A stretch of DNA of 60,140 nucleotides, filler included, from Sphacelaria rigidula (lineage: Eukaryota): NCBI GenBank assembly GCA_964200075.2. It is 9 parts of 9 records of this genome, joined end to end, with 100 filler letters (N's around TTAATTAATTAA, not from the genome) between each part and the next. Parts side by side here need not be neighbours in the genome. Positions count along the whole stretch, not along the records: positions 20,083 to 26,676 come from CAXNAA020019167.1; positions 26,777 to 33,369 come from CAXNAA020019168.1; positions 33,470 to 40,062 come from CAXNAA020019169.1; 6 more parts are not named here. The stretch is one strand, 5' to 3'. Position 1 is the first letter of the stretch; each line of letters starts with the position of its first letter. The notes beneath the pieces are model-generated. The model ran no database searches, was not told the DNA's origin, and saw only the letters and a list, made by a program, of their open reading frames with translations. A program made the position numbers and the translations under genes. Positions 23,193 through 36,179 of the stretch are shown one piece after another.

Positions 23193-23759
23193 CTGCAGGG
23201 TTTGGGGGTGAGGTTGGGACGGGGGAGTATTGTTGGTTCGTTGGTCCTTGCATTTTGGTTGCCGATTGCAAAAATGTCGCTTGCTGTTTGTTGGCGGAGT
23301 GGGGTTCCGGCCGCTCTTGGTGGCGGTCGTGACGTGTTGTGGCTGGTCGTATGGTTTCGTTTGAAGAAATGTCATCATCCCTGCGTCCCCCGAGAAGTAC
23401 AAGTATCAATCAGCACTATGGTACCCGCGGCTTCAACTGACAAGAGGCCTGGGGGACGCGTTTTCACACCCAGACACCTCAAGCCCTCGCACAAACGTTA
23501 CAGTGACCTTACCACTCCCTCCCCCAACTGAAAACGGTGATTTACACCCTGCTTCAGTCTACCCTGCCTGTGCTACCGTTTTGTTTTCTTCGCTATTCTT
23601 TAGCGAGTCTCTCGATCTCGTTTCATTGGGTTTGAGTACATACGTCTATCTTGTGGATAATGACCAGGGCTGGGTCCCTCGGTAATTTGGAAAATGACCA
23701 CCTGACGGTCTCTCGGAAATCATTCAAATGTGTCACTACCTTCGTACCCGCGAACCTTT

Positions 23760-23967
23760 CAAGGGCAGGTCGACTAAAGTATACTCAATTGCGGGGTATT
23801 TCGAAAGGCGTGCAACAGAGGTACTCAAATTAGGGTAGAGTGTTACGAGTCGTACCCGAAAAAAAACTGGAAAGCGATCCCTAAAACCCTACCCCCAATC
23901 TGTGTACTTCAAGTACAAACTTTCGAAATACCCCGTAATTGAGTATACTCTACTCGACCTGCCCTTG
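23760..23967. mobile_element. hAT-like MITE in intron
   Basis: About 48-bp TIRs (caagggcaggtcgactaaagtatactcaattgcggggtatttcgaaag and its reverse complement). 8-bp flanks gaaccttt/aaaccttt match at 7 of 8. Confidence 0.7.
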
Positions 23968-24098
23968 AAACCTTTGTATTTCTCCCGAAGAGGAGTGAAT
24001 GCACACAGAAATACCGGTACCCCCCGAAAGTACATGTGTGACATGTGCCAGGGGCAAAACCGCACGACTTTTTGTAGCAAAACGCACTACTGCCTGAC

Positions 24099-24232
24099 CT
24101 CCATGTTCGTTCCTCGGTACAGCTGCGGCTTTCCTCCGGCCTTCTGCACCAAGAGCACCGCTAGCACTGGCCGCTTAGTTTTGCGAAGCCAAAAGCTGGC
24201 CAGATCATCCCGAGCATCCCCCCCGACAACGC
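24099..24232 (-). CDS. Cytidine-deaminase-like gene exon
   Basis: cgcag|GC-VVGGDARDDLASFWLRKTKRPVLAVLLVQKAGGKPQLYRGTNME|gtcagg. It splices to give GTNMEVSMPTGSLCAERN. An alternative in-phase acceptor lies about 60 nt upstream. Confidence 0.8.
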
Positions 24233-25981
24233 CTGCGTATTCGATTATTCCATCAAAAAAGAGACGAGCATGACGAATGTGTTCACGCACGCCTGGAATC
24301 ATTCGTGAATATGCGTATACTTCCCCTGTCCCATAAGTGAGGTGAACTACGGGGTGTATATCATATCTCCCCAGTAAAGATGCTGATTATGCTGTACGGT
24401 TGAAATTCATAAGACATGACGTAGACGACGCTAACTACAACAAAGAGAAGAAAAAATAATGATGGAACTAATAATGAAGCTACATTCATATACAAAAGTT
24501 AGGTCAAACATACACACCCCCATCATGGCGCTATTTTTTTGTTTGGGGATTTGTCAGGACAGAGCAAGAACATGAGAGCATACCGGGGAAATAGCGCGGC
24601 AGACGGCGGAGACGTTGAAAATGGTGCTAAACTACTATGGGGAGGCCTTCAAAACTACTTGTGACTATCTGGCATCAAGCCCTAGTGACGACGAGGAAGG
24701 CTAACTCGTATTGTTCTCGTTTTGTCAACGCTAAATAGCACCCCGTCATAGAGAGGGGGAAAATACGGCCGTTTGGGGACCGACCCAACATGTTTCGGTC
24801 GTTCGGTTACATAGTGGGAATGGGCGCGGGTCAAGAAAAAAAAATCGTGTCAACTAGAAATACGTTAAAAATTATCTCTTAAATTTTCAAAAAATAATAA
24901 AAAAAAACGGGAAAAAATCGGACACGGTTAACCCTTCGACAGCGACCCCCCCCGCAGGTAGACTGAGTTGGACTATGCCACATTTGGGGTTCAAAACTGC
25001 CCCTTCCTCGCTACGCAAAATGTCTTGTTCATGGACATGTGGATGTTTGTCATCTACATAGAAAATAGTCCCGGAGAACCTCTGACCAGTTTTGACCCTG
25101 CAGTCAATTGCGTGTAGAGTCGGTATGTATGTGTGCTTTATGTCTTCACTGGATACAATGGCAAGAGACAGTACAAGTGTGTCATCGCTCGCCACTCAAC
25201 ACAATCTACTGCGTGCCGCTGATGCCTCTGCCTAGTGCTCAACAACAGCACTACAGACAGTGTGAAGCTATGCTGGCAGACGCACATGAGGGGTCAGGCA
25301 GGCGGCATAGACCACGACGAGCAAAATACGAAACAAGTTATTTGTACCCATGTAATCTATGGTTGATTTCCCACTACCGAAATGAGTCGTGGGGGTAGAC
25401 AGCGAATTAGTCCAATGTAGTTCACCCGAACCGGAAGAACGTGCTCATTTTGACGATCGTGATTGGTCAGAATTGGCATCCCACGCCTCTCACTCCTCGT
25501 GCACGGCTCATATTTTTCCGCCGGAAACTTCCAAACACACATGGTTGACTCGATGAGGTTTTCGGCTCCTCTGCGGACAGACCCCCCCTCAAAAACGGTG
25601 CTCCGTCTCGAAAGGGATGCGTGGTCAATGGTCAAACGACTCAGGCAAGCAACAAATGAGTACGCCCCCCCGCCCCCCCGCCCCCCCGCCCCCCCGCCCC
25701 CGAAAAAAAAACCACACACCCCGGCCACTGGAAACCCCCGAATATCTCCGGAGTGTCAGCCTGTGGAACTGTTCCGAGGCGACGCCCGCTATCTAAGAGT
25801 TAAGGGCCTGTACAGACATAGTTCATCTATATGAGACAGAGGAAGTATACCGATAGGAGAGCTGGGGGGGGGGGGGGGGGGCGGGGCGTGCAAAAAACAC
25901 CGAATCTTAGAAACCAGCATAAGCTTTGATGTGGTACAGTACATAGCCCTAGCAAATATTTTTCTTCAAAGTTCAGCTCAC

Positions 25982-26120
25982 TTCCGCGGGGAGGAGCGGA
26001 CAAGACTCGCTCCAGGTCGCACTTGAGGCGGAGCATCTCGGCGATGACCAAGGCTGTCAGCTCGTCCACTTCATCGGCTGGCACGGGCGGGAGCATGTCG
26101 ATATCTTCAAACGTGTGCAC
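25982..26120 (-). CDS. Cytidine-deaminase-like gene, first visible exon
   Basis: ctcag|VHTFEDIDMLPPVPADEVDELTALVIAEMLRLKCDLERVLSAPPRG-A|gtgagc. The phase-1 end matches the next exon. Confidence 0.65.
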
Positions 26121-26224
26121 CTGAGTCGGGGTTGAGGTTTCACGACTTTCAGCATCACGTTTTCGGAAGTGCACCGCGTGCGGTACGGAGAATATGAGCG
26201 CGATGTTCTGAGGCGAATACTTTT

Positions 26225-26487
26225 CAAGGGTGTGTTTGGGTAAAAGGCTATTTCCTGCATTTGGGTACTGTATCTTGAAAAATCGTACTCCAAGTACCCC
26301 AAACTTGGATAGAGTATCGAGATCGTACTCAACCGTAAATAACCCAGATATTGAGTAGAGTAGTATATCGATCGTACCCAACTCTACCAAATATTTGGGC
26401 AGAGGTTGGAGATCGGACCATCGCCACACACAATTCGGGAGCGTGACTACCCGAATATTTACCCTATCCAACACACACACACGCTTG
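26225..26487. mobile_element. hAT-like MITE in intron
   Basis: Termini caagggtgtgtttgggtaaa / tttaccctatccaacacacacacacgcttg. 8-bp flanks atactttt/attctttt match at 7 of 8. Confidence 0.55.
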
Positions 26488-26676
26488 ATTCTTTTGCAGT
26501 AACGTAGCTTTTCAACCGTTTCTTCCACTGACCTGTGCGCATTCACAGAATTGGGAGTGGGAGGCGAGCGGGCCGACGGGGACGGGGGGGGGGGGGGGGG
26601 GGGGCCGGGGGGGGGGGGCAAGGGGGCGGTGGGAAAAAATTTTTGTGGTGGTTGAAGTGTTTTGAGTCTTTCCTCT

Positions 26677-26776
26677 NNNNNNNNNNNNNNNNNNNNNNNN
26701 NNNNNNNNNNNNNNNNNNNNTTAATTAATTAANNNNNNNNNNNNNNNNNNNNNNNNNNNNNNNNNNNNNNNNNNNN
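26677..26776. other. Artificial contig linker
   Basis: N44-TTAATTAATTAA-N44. Confidence 0.97.
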
Positions 26777-29700
26777 CGAAAGGGATGCGTGGTCAATGGT
26801 CAAATGACTAAGGCAAGCAACAAATGAGTACGCCCCCCCGTCTATGCCGATAATATGGCGAGAAGTAACAATTTTGGTCGGTTCCAACGCGCCGCCTCGG
26901 ACTCATCCTCCCCTATGGAGCAGGGCGTAAGCAGCACGAGTGACAAGAGTAAGTGGCGCTGGGTTCGGTAACCCTCCCTCGCGAAGATGGATGAATAAAG
27001 CCAGATGCCATCTTTCAAGGACAACAGTTCTTCGTGCCCTTTTTCTGCCATACAAAATACATACTATGTCAATATCACCCGTATATCGAAAAGTAGAAAA
27101 TAATATATACAACCGTCAGCCAGTGTACATACCGCAATCCACATGCGAAACTTCTCTCGAAGAAAATCATGCCCGGGCTGTCTCTGGATAGACATAATTC
27201 ACCTCATCAAGCATAAGATTTCAAGCATATACCTCTTGTCTCGGAAATCACTCGAAAAAATGTGCAACAATAGATCATCAATCAACCACCAATCCTTTTT
27301 ACTGAATGTTCATCATGCCACCCCTCTCCACCCCCTTGGGAAAAAATGAGTTTATGAAAAATGCCGCACGTGTGACACAGCGTGACAATCGCACGCTGAA
27401 TATCACCCCCGAAGATGCTTTTCCTGCTATTTTTGGCACTATGTTGGTATCCACTGGACTGTATCGGGGTTCTTCGTATACTCCCCACCCCTATACTAAA
27501 AATGACATCCTCGAGTGACAAATCCCATGACGCCAGAAGTTAATCAGTCGCGGGTATTACGTTGTGTCTCACACGGCAGCTGAAGTATCCCCACCTGAAA
27601 CTGCGTCTCGTATCCCGTCCCTATCTGCCCCCACTGTCGCACTACTTAACCCGGTCGTCTACCAAGGAGCAACACAAGGAGAAAGGTTCCCCAGACTCAA
27701 CAAGGTTCTGCCCCCGGCTTAGTTCCTCCTCAGTGTCCTGTGATCTTCAAATAATGATAATACCCCGAATCTCCAATGATGTGTTCCCGTCAACTTAGCA
27801 GCCACTACCCGGATGGCGACGATGGTTGGTATCTCTATGCAACCACTAGTCGAAACAGTGTGCTGCGTATCTACTCACAAAATAGTACCTTGGTCAGTCA
27901 GCCCCAAAATTACTTCTATTGCACATGACGACTTCGAGCTTGCAGCTTGCAGCATACATACGGATAGGGAATCCACTGCTACTCTGAGCTGTATTGCAAG
28001 TCTGTCGCTACTATCTTCTGTGATGAGGTGATGATGTAGTGGTGCGATGTGTGTGTATGTGTGTATGTATTTGCTGCTTCATGGTTTACTAAATCACGAA
28101 GGCAGCACGCCCGCCCCCTGTCACCCGTCGACTACCCCTCCTCATCACTTGCCTGGAAATGAAAAGTGTATATCCCTGCGTATACCGCAATTCATGCGTA
28201 ACGCCCCCCCGTCCTCTTTGCGGGAGCAAGTTGTCTTGAAAAAGAATTACAGACCGACAGTGACACCTTCCGCTGCCCTGCGTTCCTACCCCCCTCCCCT
28301 TCAACAACAGAGTGGTGCTCGATGGCCCAATATCTGAGGCACGCGAAACAAACGGAGTACGGTCCCCCGCTTGACTATGTCAAAAACTGCCTGCAACCAC
28401 CGCCCACACCATTCATACGCCAACATACACACCCCCCCCCTGGAGAATAACAATCTACATCAATGTTTTCCCCTGAGGAATATATACGAGCTCTTCTTCG
28501 TTCGTGGTCTCCTCCACTGATGCCCCACGCCGTCCCACCGGACACTCGCATCACCATCATACCGCCCCAATTTTCAGTTTTGGAGGGGCAAAAGCTACTG
28601 TCAAACAGCTGCACACATGTCTTCACGAGCTCTCTCAACGCATTATCTCAATGGAGCGATAAAAAAGCTAGTCCGATTCAATCAGCGTCGCATCTGATTT
28701 ATTCGGTCGTAGTGACGACAAATACAAGAAAACATATACAAAAAAGGGCCGATAACATACCCATGAAATTCAACAGCAGCTCTCGTTTCGTCCCGCTATT
28801 TCGTGGCGCACGCCGTAGAAATAGTATTTGGTCGCATATGTTCTCAACGAACGGCTTTCGCCTACGAGGAGGAATAAAAACAAGGACAGAAAACACCGAA
28901 AACAACTGTCGAGAGATACGCTACAGCACTGCACCGTTACTTGCGATTCCGGCCATCTTTGAAAAAGATGTCGCGCAATTGCACATATCACGTGCATATA
29001 GCCTATAGCCTATACCCCACGTCAACGTCATGAGACAAAAGAGCATCTCCGGTAATTGGATCCGACGGATTCGACAATACTTTGCCTACAATTGCTTCAG
29101 CGTCCCAAGCTGCGCCACTTGGTGAAATATTGTATATGTACATATATACATGAAGGGCTGCGACCCCCATTTCCTCCACCTCCTTCCCTTCGCCTACCAG
29201 ATGCAGTGCTGGCCACGTCCCAGAGATACGAACACTGCCCGCTTTCGGCACGCACTACACCGTCACATGGCACACATTACATGTGCCCCCCAAGTATTGT
29301 GCTGTTTAAGCCATTATCCAGAGGTCGAATTTTGGTCCCTGAGCCAGCCCTATCCCATCTTTTGACCCAAAACATTGTTGGGGAATCCATGATTGATCGC
29401 ACGTGTCCACATCTCTTCCGCTTACACACAAAAATATTCTCTCTCAACCACCGACGCGCAACATCAAGGCATACACCAACATATTTCAATCCACGTCACA
29501 TTACGCCACGGCGCACATCAACGTCAACCATTGCCTTCAGGCGCTCGACTTCCGCGGATATAGTCTTATTTCCTAAATTGAATTGAACTGGCAAGACTAC
29601 GATAGCCATGTTCATTTGATGGAACGAACAACCTGTCAGCAAAATTGTGGGGTCATTTGTCTAGCGTGAAAAAGGGGTCAATAATAACGTCGGCCCCATA

Positions 29701-29962
29701 CTACTGGACGAATACACTGTATACCAGTCATACCGTGCACATGCAAATACATACTCACCAAACTCAACATTTCTTTTTTTTAAACGAGATCTTTACTCTC
29801 AAAACTGCAGGTGATATATAGATGCGGCGGTCTGGTATTTTCATTCTCCCCTTGAACTCCTCCTCTTCCCAACAACGCCTCCAATTATTAAAAACACGAA
29901 AGGGGTCAACGTTCGGTAAACTAGTGGGGAAAAAACAATGTCTCGAGATTCCTCAAGATTCC

Positions 29963-30265
29963 TCAATAATACGGCGGTATTGTTGTATCTTTCCCCCCCG
30001 ATCCTCTTGTTCCCAACGCCGCCTGCTCGACCACGGCCTTCTCCTCGCTTTCCAATTGCTCCGCCTCCATATCAACAGCAGCTTCGTTGTTTTCAGTTTC
30101 TTTGGCGCTCGAGAAACATTTTTCGTCTTGGTGTTGCCCCGTCGACAAAGATGGGCTACTGTTCCGTCTCTCGAAGACGGCGCCCCCCGCCTTCCTCCTC
30201 ATGCTGCTGCTACTGCTGGCGGACACGGAGAGATCTTTGGATAGTGGCCGCACCAATGTCCTGCG
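29963..30265 (-). CDS. Possible exon of an unidentified gene
   Basis: Open frame rich in E/S/A (KETENNEAAVDMEAEQLESEEKAVVEQAA) preceded by a putative acceptor near 30270. No family recognised. Confidence 0.3.
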   Translation of the reverse strand, partial: RRTLVRPLSKDLSVSASSSSSMRRKAGGAVFERRNSSPSLSTGQHQDEKCFSSAKETENNEAAVDMEAEQLESEEKAVVEQAALGTRGSGGKDTTIPPYY

Positions 30266-30309
30266 CGCCGTTTGGAGTATAAAGGGACAGCGTGCGCGCG
30301 CGAGGGCGC

Positions 30310-31050
30310 GGGGGGGGGGGGATGCTCATTTGTTGCCTGCCTCAGTCGTTTGACCATAGACCACGAATCCCTTGCGAGACGGAGCACCGTTCCCAGTCCT
30401 AATAGAGACACCTCCAACACTTCGACGCTCATCACGCTTCTTCTACTAACTACACAGAAACCTTTTGCATATAATATGTGTTTCAGTCTTGCTTTTCTTG
30501 GGTACGTCTATCACGCGACCACGGCTGGACCCATGGGTGGTCAATTAAAGTGCAACAATTCAATCAAATCAATCGATCAATCAAAATCTTATCCTCCTCT
30601 TCCTGATTCGCCGTCTGTGGCCACCATCTATCTCCGAGTATAGCGACCGTTTTCTCCCTTCTGTCTTATGTATCAAACAATTTCATGCCACCTCCGTTTA
30701 GTTTCCGCATTTCCCTCTCCAACTCATCCCGTTTCTCCTTCTATAGTTCACATTCTGCCACTGTATGAGTTCTACTCTCTATTGCTTCGCCACAGGGGCA
30801 GTTCTGTGCGTCTACTTTCTCTTCCATTCGACCGGTATACCTCTGCCTTCGTTCCGGCAGGTCCAGGTCTCCCACCCGAAATGGTTACTTCATTTTTTTC
30901 GCGGGGTCCATTGAGCCATGTAGATATGTTTTCATCCCTATCCCCTCTTTCAAATCCTCGAATATCTTCAGGTGGTGTTCCTCGTCTACTTTGCGTCTAA
31001 GCGCTTCTTTTATCCTTATTTTTATCATGTCTCTTACTTTTGTCTTCAAA
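30310..31050 (-). mobile_element. LINE family A 3' portion, with a short different retro-tail inserted (about 30490-30585)
   Basis: GIGMKTYLHGSMDPAKK and the 3' module with G-run at 30310-30320. The gaccacggctggac...caatcaatc tail is also seen near 3893-3941 and 1378-1425. Confidence 0.75.
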
Positions 31051-31177
31051 ACAGCGCGCGCACGTGTGTGTGTGTGGGGGGGGATACGCACCCTATGGTA
31101 TGCTGTAGTCATGTGACCATCGCCTACGCGTCGCTTTCGAGACGGAGCATCGTTCCAACTCCTAGAAGCGTGCGCAC

Positions 31178-31685
31178 GGGGGGGGAAATACTCATTGTTT
31201 TGCACGCTATAGTCATCAGGCAATTGGCCTCGCATCCCTACAAAGCCAGGACAGAGCACGCCGGGTTTTCGCCAGACCAGGCTCGCAATCAATCACCAAG
31301 CGCGAAGCACCGTGATTGTTTGGCGAGTCGCGTGAGGGGTGAGCTGCATCCTCCTAAGATTGTTCGGCCAGAAGTGTACTAAGCCTCCTGCATGTGGATG
31401 ACAGCCCCCAATAAGTTGCTTCATTTTCTGGTATCGCCACTTCTCGAGACAGCCACGGGTTACGCACCACCTCATGGGCGCCTTACCATCTCAATACTGC
31501 GTAGTACGATCATCTTCTTTGCCCGGAGTTCAGGTTTTCCAGCCCACACAATATGATCTACCTCGAACACGGACATGATTGCGGCAAAAAAAAAACAGAA
31601 GCGAAAAAAAAGTCCGTAACCTGGTTGCCTCGCTTACGTAGTGAGTGGCGTGTTTCACAGCATCGTTGCCAACCGACGCCAACCC
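31178..31685 (-). mobile_element. About 500-bp SINE-like retroelement sharing the LINE-A 3' end
   Basis: Starts GGGTTGGCGTCGGTTGGCAACGA on the minus strand as in the other copies. Ends ...atgagta(c)-C-run. Confidence 0.75.
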
Positions 31686-33369
31686 TAAAAGGGAGGGGAA
31701 GCCCCGGGGGAAAGGGGGGGGTTGGGGCGGAAGCGCTGAGCGTTCCATAGTAACCAATTCGTCACCAACCCATGTATCCCGGTGACACGATAATCGCTCT
31801 CAATCGCTCTTCAGTACCTGGTCAGCACCTCTTTGAGTAACTGAGCAGGTTGACCAAAACGTGAATTCCGCAAGAGAGCAGCCGGGGGGTGTCTACGAAC
31901 AAGATATGCACAGATAGATGGTAAGGGGATGTATCACTTTGGAGGGATGTGTCCGACATATTTGAGACGAGACCGAGCATGCTGATAAAAACAACCAAAA
32001 CATTTTTCTTCTAGGTTTAAACAACTATATTATACCAAACATGTGGAATAAAAGGAAGATGTCGCAACGAAGAAACACAAGTCGGCCATCATCACGCATG
32101 GTGCGAGTGATACCTCGTGAGTCGAAACATGTGGGGACGAGCCGCGAACCATCGACACCTACACTGGACGGCACCCGGACGTACAGCCCCCAGAGGATGA
32201 AAGGGTAAGGTACCGTACCTCCAGGATACCGTGGTTTTCACAGCCTTTGCATCACCCGAGAACTCCAGCGTACCCCAGGCGTCGTGCGCCAACAGTACGC
32301 GGCGTACAAGCGTACCTCGGATAACGAGCTAAAATGAGAACACATCGTACTCCAGAGTAACCTAAATACTGAGCCGTACCCGCACACGGTCACAAGTGCT
32401 CGAGAGAGCCAACACCCCGCAGGCGAGCGTGAAGACTCGCAAAACCATCACAATAACTTACTTGTACACGACGTACCACGAATGCATCATGATGCAGGTG
32501 CACGCGACAAACAGTAAACTAAAAATACACACGCACACACACACCATACGTACGCCCCCGTTCTCATGGGCATGACAAGAAGGACACATAATTAGGCGTG
32601 CCCTATGGCTGGTCAATTTGGCACCCACTGCACAGTATACTATTAATACGCCGCTGCGCCCCTCGGGGGAAACTTGTAAATCAAAAGTAATTTCGAGTAT
32701 CTCCTGTGGGTTTGAATCTCGAATGTATTTATTTTCTCCCTTTCTTCCCGTTCCCGTCCTCCGCGAGCGAGAAAACGGGAGTAGGCAACGAAACTCGATA
32801 CAAGTACATGAAACGAACGAGAGGTCACTTACAGTGCAGGTAGCGAGTAATTTTTAGGTTTTGCGCTCTTCGAGGTTGCTGACTGGTCCTAGAAAGCGTT
32901 GGGATTAAAAGGATGACAATGAATGCTGTGGGACCGAAGAGAGAAGGAAAGACCACAGTGCAAATCAGCGAATGATTCTCTACATTCGCAATATAAAACG
33001 ATACGGCAAAATGTGGGGGGAAACGGGTGGTACGATGTGTAATTCCGGAAACGTTCCAGTGTTGAGTGCATTTCTTGAAAGTGATGCTGTACCCAACCGA
33101 TGAAATTTAAATGAGACAGAAGAGAACAAAGCGCTGCGGAAGCCGGCACGGCAAGAGAGAAGACAAGTTGTGAAGGTGGGGAGCTTCCATCTTGAACGCG
33201 ATCCGAACGCTTCCAGTACACTTCATGAGTAAATCTTCATCGACAATGAAAGTATTAGACAGGCGAAATAGACCCATCAACCAAAAAGGCAGGGGGGGGG
33301 GGGGGGGAAAATTTGGTGGGTGCCCTGAAGGAAATGAGGGTGGAGAAGGGATCCCGTTGAAGCGGGAGA

Positions 33370-33469
33370 NNNNNNNNNNNNNNNNNNNNNNNNNNNNNNN
33401 NNNNNNNNNNNNNTTAATTAATTAANNNNNNNNNNNNNNNNNNNNNNNNNNNNNNNNNNNNNNNNNNNN
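33370..33469. other. Artificial contig linker
   Basis: N44-TTAATTAATTAA-N44. Confidence 0.97.
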
Positions 33470-34433
33470 GAGTTGCTTTATTTTCTGGTATCGCCACTTC
33501 CCGAGACAGCCACAGCTTTTACACTGCTTCATGGGTGCCTCACCGTCCTACGATAGGGGGGGGCGTATTCATTCGTTGCTTGCTTTAGTCGTTTGACCAT
33601 TGACCACGCATCCCTTCCGAGACAGCATTTTGGGCCACTTCTTTCACGAAATTCCAAATGAAATCGTCGTGGAAGGCAGCAACGGTTGCTCGAACGAGCT
33701 TGCTATAGATAAACAACGCTCATTCATACCGATCGACACCGTTTTGAACCAAATAAAAGCGTACCACGTGTGTGTAATGAGGCTACGGTGCTGTTATAGC
33801 AAGCACAGGCTTACAAGGTAAAGTGGACAGTCGACCGACCGTACAGCCAAGTATCAACCCCTCACACAACGTGTCAGGATAAAGTCTCACGCGCAGTTGT
33901 ATCTTCTTCTTTATTATCTGCTCTCCACCTTCCAGTATCCAATCAATCAATCCAACTTCACGCTCAGTCAATCAGTCTGACCGGTGTTAGACTTCTGTAC
34001 TGGAAGGGGGGAGAAGATGGTAGTGAGAGAGGGTGCGGCTTCGTTCGTGCCAGGACAAACGGAGCCGTCACCATCTCTATAATATATAAGAGTTCACACT
34101 CGTACCTGACCGCCTCTGAGCAGACCTGCAGTCATGGAATACCGGAACACGAGAAATGCAGATAGCCAGACTCGACAGCGGGTCTGAAGCGGCATGACAA
34201 CAGGCTAATATGCGTCTTCATGACAAGTCTGGCAGGCCGTCTGACAAACTCATGAACTTCTTTTTTCGTGCAATGAAATCTCCCCCCCCTATCGTGGGAT
34301 GACTCCAGAGTTACAGGAAACCGACTTAGAAGAGTTCAGGTCGCACGGTAGGACCAGACCGCCTTTTTTTCGCTGAACGGTATTCGGCAACTGTCGCCTG
34401 CACAACTCGCCGCGCTCCTGACACGGGGTTTTA

Positions 34434-34847
34434 CATAGTTGGGGATAGATTTTTTATTGGGGATGAGAACCCGGAGAATTCAAATATTCGTATCGACACC
34501 AAATCTTCGAAATATAGTTCCACCCCTTCACCTACTAGAAGCTATTGACAACAACTACAAGCCATACAAATTTGAATACTAATCATCGACATGTTGGGGT
34601 TCTAGGTGAAACAAGCTTGAGGAATTTAGATGATCCGACCAGATCGCCGAAATTCCCCAAAATCGTTTTTTCACCTAGCACTCCAACATTTTGGATATCG
34701 AAATCCAAATTTGTATGGCGTGTAGTAGTTGTCGAGAGCTACCAGCAAGTGAAGAAAATGGAACCATGTTTCGAAGATTCGGTGTACATACGAAGGTTTT
34801 TGTTTTCTGGGTTTCTCATCCTCAAAAAACAACCCATCCCCAATGTG
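34434..34847. mobile_element. Foldback element related to 14328-14778
   Basis: Same inner arms (ggatgagaacccgga..caccaaatcttcgaaatat..ttgacaac) and loop, but different outer termini. Confidence 0.75.
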
Positions 34848-35489
34848 TGGACCCCCGTGTTCCCTCGGCGAAAATGAAGCTTCGATGCCCCGTGTTGCAG
34901 CAGCCCATGCGTCTGCTCCCAGGATCTTTCCGCCGGTAGAGAACGCACAACCGCAATCGTTTGAGAACCTTCAGCGGCAGACACCGACCCTAGCTGCAGC
35001 GTTCAACAACACACCAGGGACGACCCCTAGACAGCACGGTGATCCGTTTATGAAGCAGAAGCACCTGTCAGCCAGAGACGTGCAGACTCAAGCCCGGAAA
35101 GCGGCCGCGCAAGGAGCGTCCTCTTCTCGTCCGCTACGCCCACCCCGCCCCCGAGTTCGTCCGCGCCTGCAAGCACCAGCGAACAGCAAGCCACCCTCTC
35201 CCCCACGGGGGACCACGAAGAGGTAATCGACTCTTTCCGCAGGAACAAGATCTGCTTCGGCCATGCCTTCACTGGTGCCTGCCGCCACCGTGATGGCACT
35301 CGCTGTCCATACACACACGGTATCATCGCGCCGGCTCACTACAGGAACGTCAAGGCCCGCTGTAGAGCCGCTATCCCCCAAAAGCGACTCGTGGCCCTCA
35401 CGAAAGCCCAATACTTGATTGCGATCGACATGGGACTGATAAATGAGGGTAGCGATGGTGAAAGGGAGGGAGAGGACGACGATCACGAT

Positions 35490-36030
35490 GAATCGCGACA
35501 AATGAAGGGAGGCCCCAGGTATTATTAACCTGGGGAACCTGCGAGAGGAGGAGGTGGCGGCCATCAAGCGCCGACTCGAAGACCAACTGTAGGTGGCGGG
35601 AGAGATCTGGCACCGGAGCCGGGCTCGGAGGTCGTGGCCACTCGAGGTACTGTTGGACACCGGGGCAGGTGGGGGCAATTACGTGTCTAGGTTTTTGTGG
35701 CGTTGCCTCTTAAAAGCAGAAGTAATACATGTCAAGCTCGACACGAACAACGCTGGCGCCCTCAGTGCCGCCAACCCCTCACAGAGTGATGTACCCCCCG
35801 ATGTCTATTGTTGGATCGACCGTAATACCAGTCTTATTTTACTCATGACAATTGCGTTCGTAAAGTGGTTGTGCCATGAAGCTAGGCGGCGTCTATGATC
35901 AAACCTGGGATTCTATAAGTTGCGCGTCTGATTGAGCTTGGCTAGGCCGGATGTGAGACTGAGAAAAAGGTACAGGCATGGGTCCTTCAGCCCTCTTGCG
36001 GTACTCGCCCGGGTGAAGCTGATTGTTAAA
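35490..36030 (+). pseudogene. Retroelement aspartic protease remnant
   Basis: WPLEVLLDTGAGGGNYVS retropepsin motif, with stops and frameshifts around it. Confidence 0.6.
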
Positions 36031-36179
36031 CCATTGTTATAGCCGGAGAGCAGTTGAGAGAGCATTGAAAGGAGCGATATAACGAACACGAGCGAACAAG
36101 AGTCTTTTGTATCAAGTGGGTATAGCTCGTCTTCGGCGCCGCCGACAGCACACACGAAAACTACTTCAACACCAACCGC

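Noticed and set aside
25827..26621. 264-aa ORF as a single-exon gene
   Set aside because: It reads through a MITE and homopolymer tracts. Only 25982-26120 has splice support.
26840..29600. Several short ORFs in contig 5
   Set aside because: No recognisable motifs and no consistent splice chain could be built.
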